A stretch of DNA of 64,000 nucleotides from Tubiluchus corallicola. Taxonomy: Eukaryota > Animalia > Priapulida. The stretch lies in the NCBI GenBank assembly GCA_030141605.1, contig JAQGDQ010000122.1, positions 1 through 64,000 on the forward strand, written 5' to 3'. Numbering within the stretch: position 1 is the stretch's first letter; each line of letters opens with the position of its first letter. The translations under genes were made by a program, and so were the position numbers. Shown here piece after piece: positions 62,477-64,000 of this stretch. Below the pieces are notes generated by a model, which was given only the letters and a program-made list of their open reading frames with translations, did no database searches and had not been told where the DNA came from.

Positions 62477-64000
62477 CATATATATATATATGCACATCGC
62501 TTATAGGCTACCTAAAGCAGGCTGCAATGCTTGTTGTGTAGTACCTCTTATGAAATAATTGTACCTGTTTGTTATGTGGCACTGATATAGAAGAGTAACT
62601 GCTTGTGGTGTATTACTCAATTACAGGTATCATGAAAATAGAAAGATTCTCATTTTCCGAGAAGAATAACAATTTTGTAACACTGGGTCCCATCAAATGT
62701 GGTTAATGCACAACCTAAACTCCGTGGTTGTTATATACACAGCAACATGCCATAAATGGACATGTTCAAATGGAAAAAATCTCATTTTCCGGAAAAGAAT
62801 AAGAATTTTGTAACATTGGGTCCCAGAAAACATCAAATGCGATTGTAGCACAACTTGAACTCCCTGACTGTCACATACATGTCATAGTAACACATGCATG
62901 CAACTGTGTGGTTGTAAAAGTGGCTCTACACAATATGAATTAGCTATGACTACAGTGCAAGTTTTCCGTATGCACAAATAATATAAATCTGAGTGATAAT
63001 TAAAAAAACAGTTGCAGTAGAATTACTGTTCATGTGGACTGGCTAAAACTGTGATTTAAATTATTTACCCATAATATTGTATATATAATTGTTGTAAATG
63101 CAGTTACTTGTCGGTAAAATCATCACTTTCATCAACATCATTATAACATTAACTATGATTTCTGAGCATGTAACTGTTACACGTGTAATGGTTGTAGGCA
63201 TGACGGTGTGCATAATGTCAACTGCTAAGTTCCTCATAAAAGCAGCTTTACGGAAAAAACAAGAAGCAATTTTGCTTTCAAAAATTTCAACAATTCGCAT
63301 AAAATAGAAGAGTAGCGAGTATGAGGAATACTTGTATTTGTAACATGCAAAATCATCAAGTGCATGCAATTTTGTTGAGAATTTCAATGTGATATTGGAT
63401 AATACTGTAGAAACACACTCTGAGTGAAGCAATATTATTGCTATAACCTTAACAATTTAAATGTCATACTTAAAACTTCCCAGCTATAACCAGTTTATGC
63501 AGCAAAATGTAAATTCAATTCTGAGAAATGGCAGATTTCGAAGTAAACAATATTTTACTTGAATATATTTTCTAAAACTGTCAACAACGCCTCGACAACA
63601 GCTAGCAACAAACACACAGCAACCGTAATACATTCTCCGGCGGTTACTACGGGAATTTATTACTGCTGAGTTATTCATTTGAATAAAAATGCTAATGCCT
63701 TGAAAATAACTCATAAATCAAACTGATCTTGACAGACCAAATGCAGGGCGGGAATTTACACGTGACGTCACGTTTGCAGCGCCGCTTCGTGGATTGCATG
63801 TAAATTATGTAATTACAAATAACAGGCTAAATAAGTAATTAAGTGGAAATTACGCGAGGCGGCGCTATCCTCAGGAAACTCCGTGGTTATCCTGTAAAAT
63901 CCCAGGAAAATATCTTTAAGGACAAAAAACCTCAAATGCTTTATTATAGACAATAATTCAGACATGGAAGATTTAGTAAGCAAGTCGACATGAGCTGATT

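Noticed and set aside
60726-64000. Upstream DOCK SH3 exons (WYRG motif)
   Set aside because: No convincing exon found; probably beyond the right edge

Overview
AT-rich eukaryotic (invertebrate metazoan-type) genomic DNA, not prokaryotic. The window lies inside one large minus-strand DOCK-B (DOCK3/DOCK4/sponge-like) Rac-GEF gene. I traced 30 phase-compatible GT-AG exons plus an 18-nt candidate microexon from the end of the SH3 domain (60725) through the C2/DHR-1 and ARM regions into DHR-2 (11699); both gene ends appear to fall outside the window. Its introns hold an antisense ninjurin gene (exons 4213-4338 and 6689-6934), a same-strand two-exon secreted coiled-coil C-type lectin (41622-40342), and a weaker candidate small signal-peptide ORF (49551-48941). 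The introns also carry many MITEs (Tc1/mariner-pogo, hAT, TTAA/Kolobok-like, Helentron-like), a 5S-rRNA-derived SINE inserted in a (TATGC)n tract, a degenerate Penelope-type hammerhead, 68-bp and 47-bp tandem arrays of about 2 kb each, a 49-bp repeat with CTCF-like motifs, and microsatellites. Most long ORFs in the supplied track are repeat artefacts. All homology calls come from recalled motifs; no search was run.
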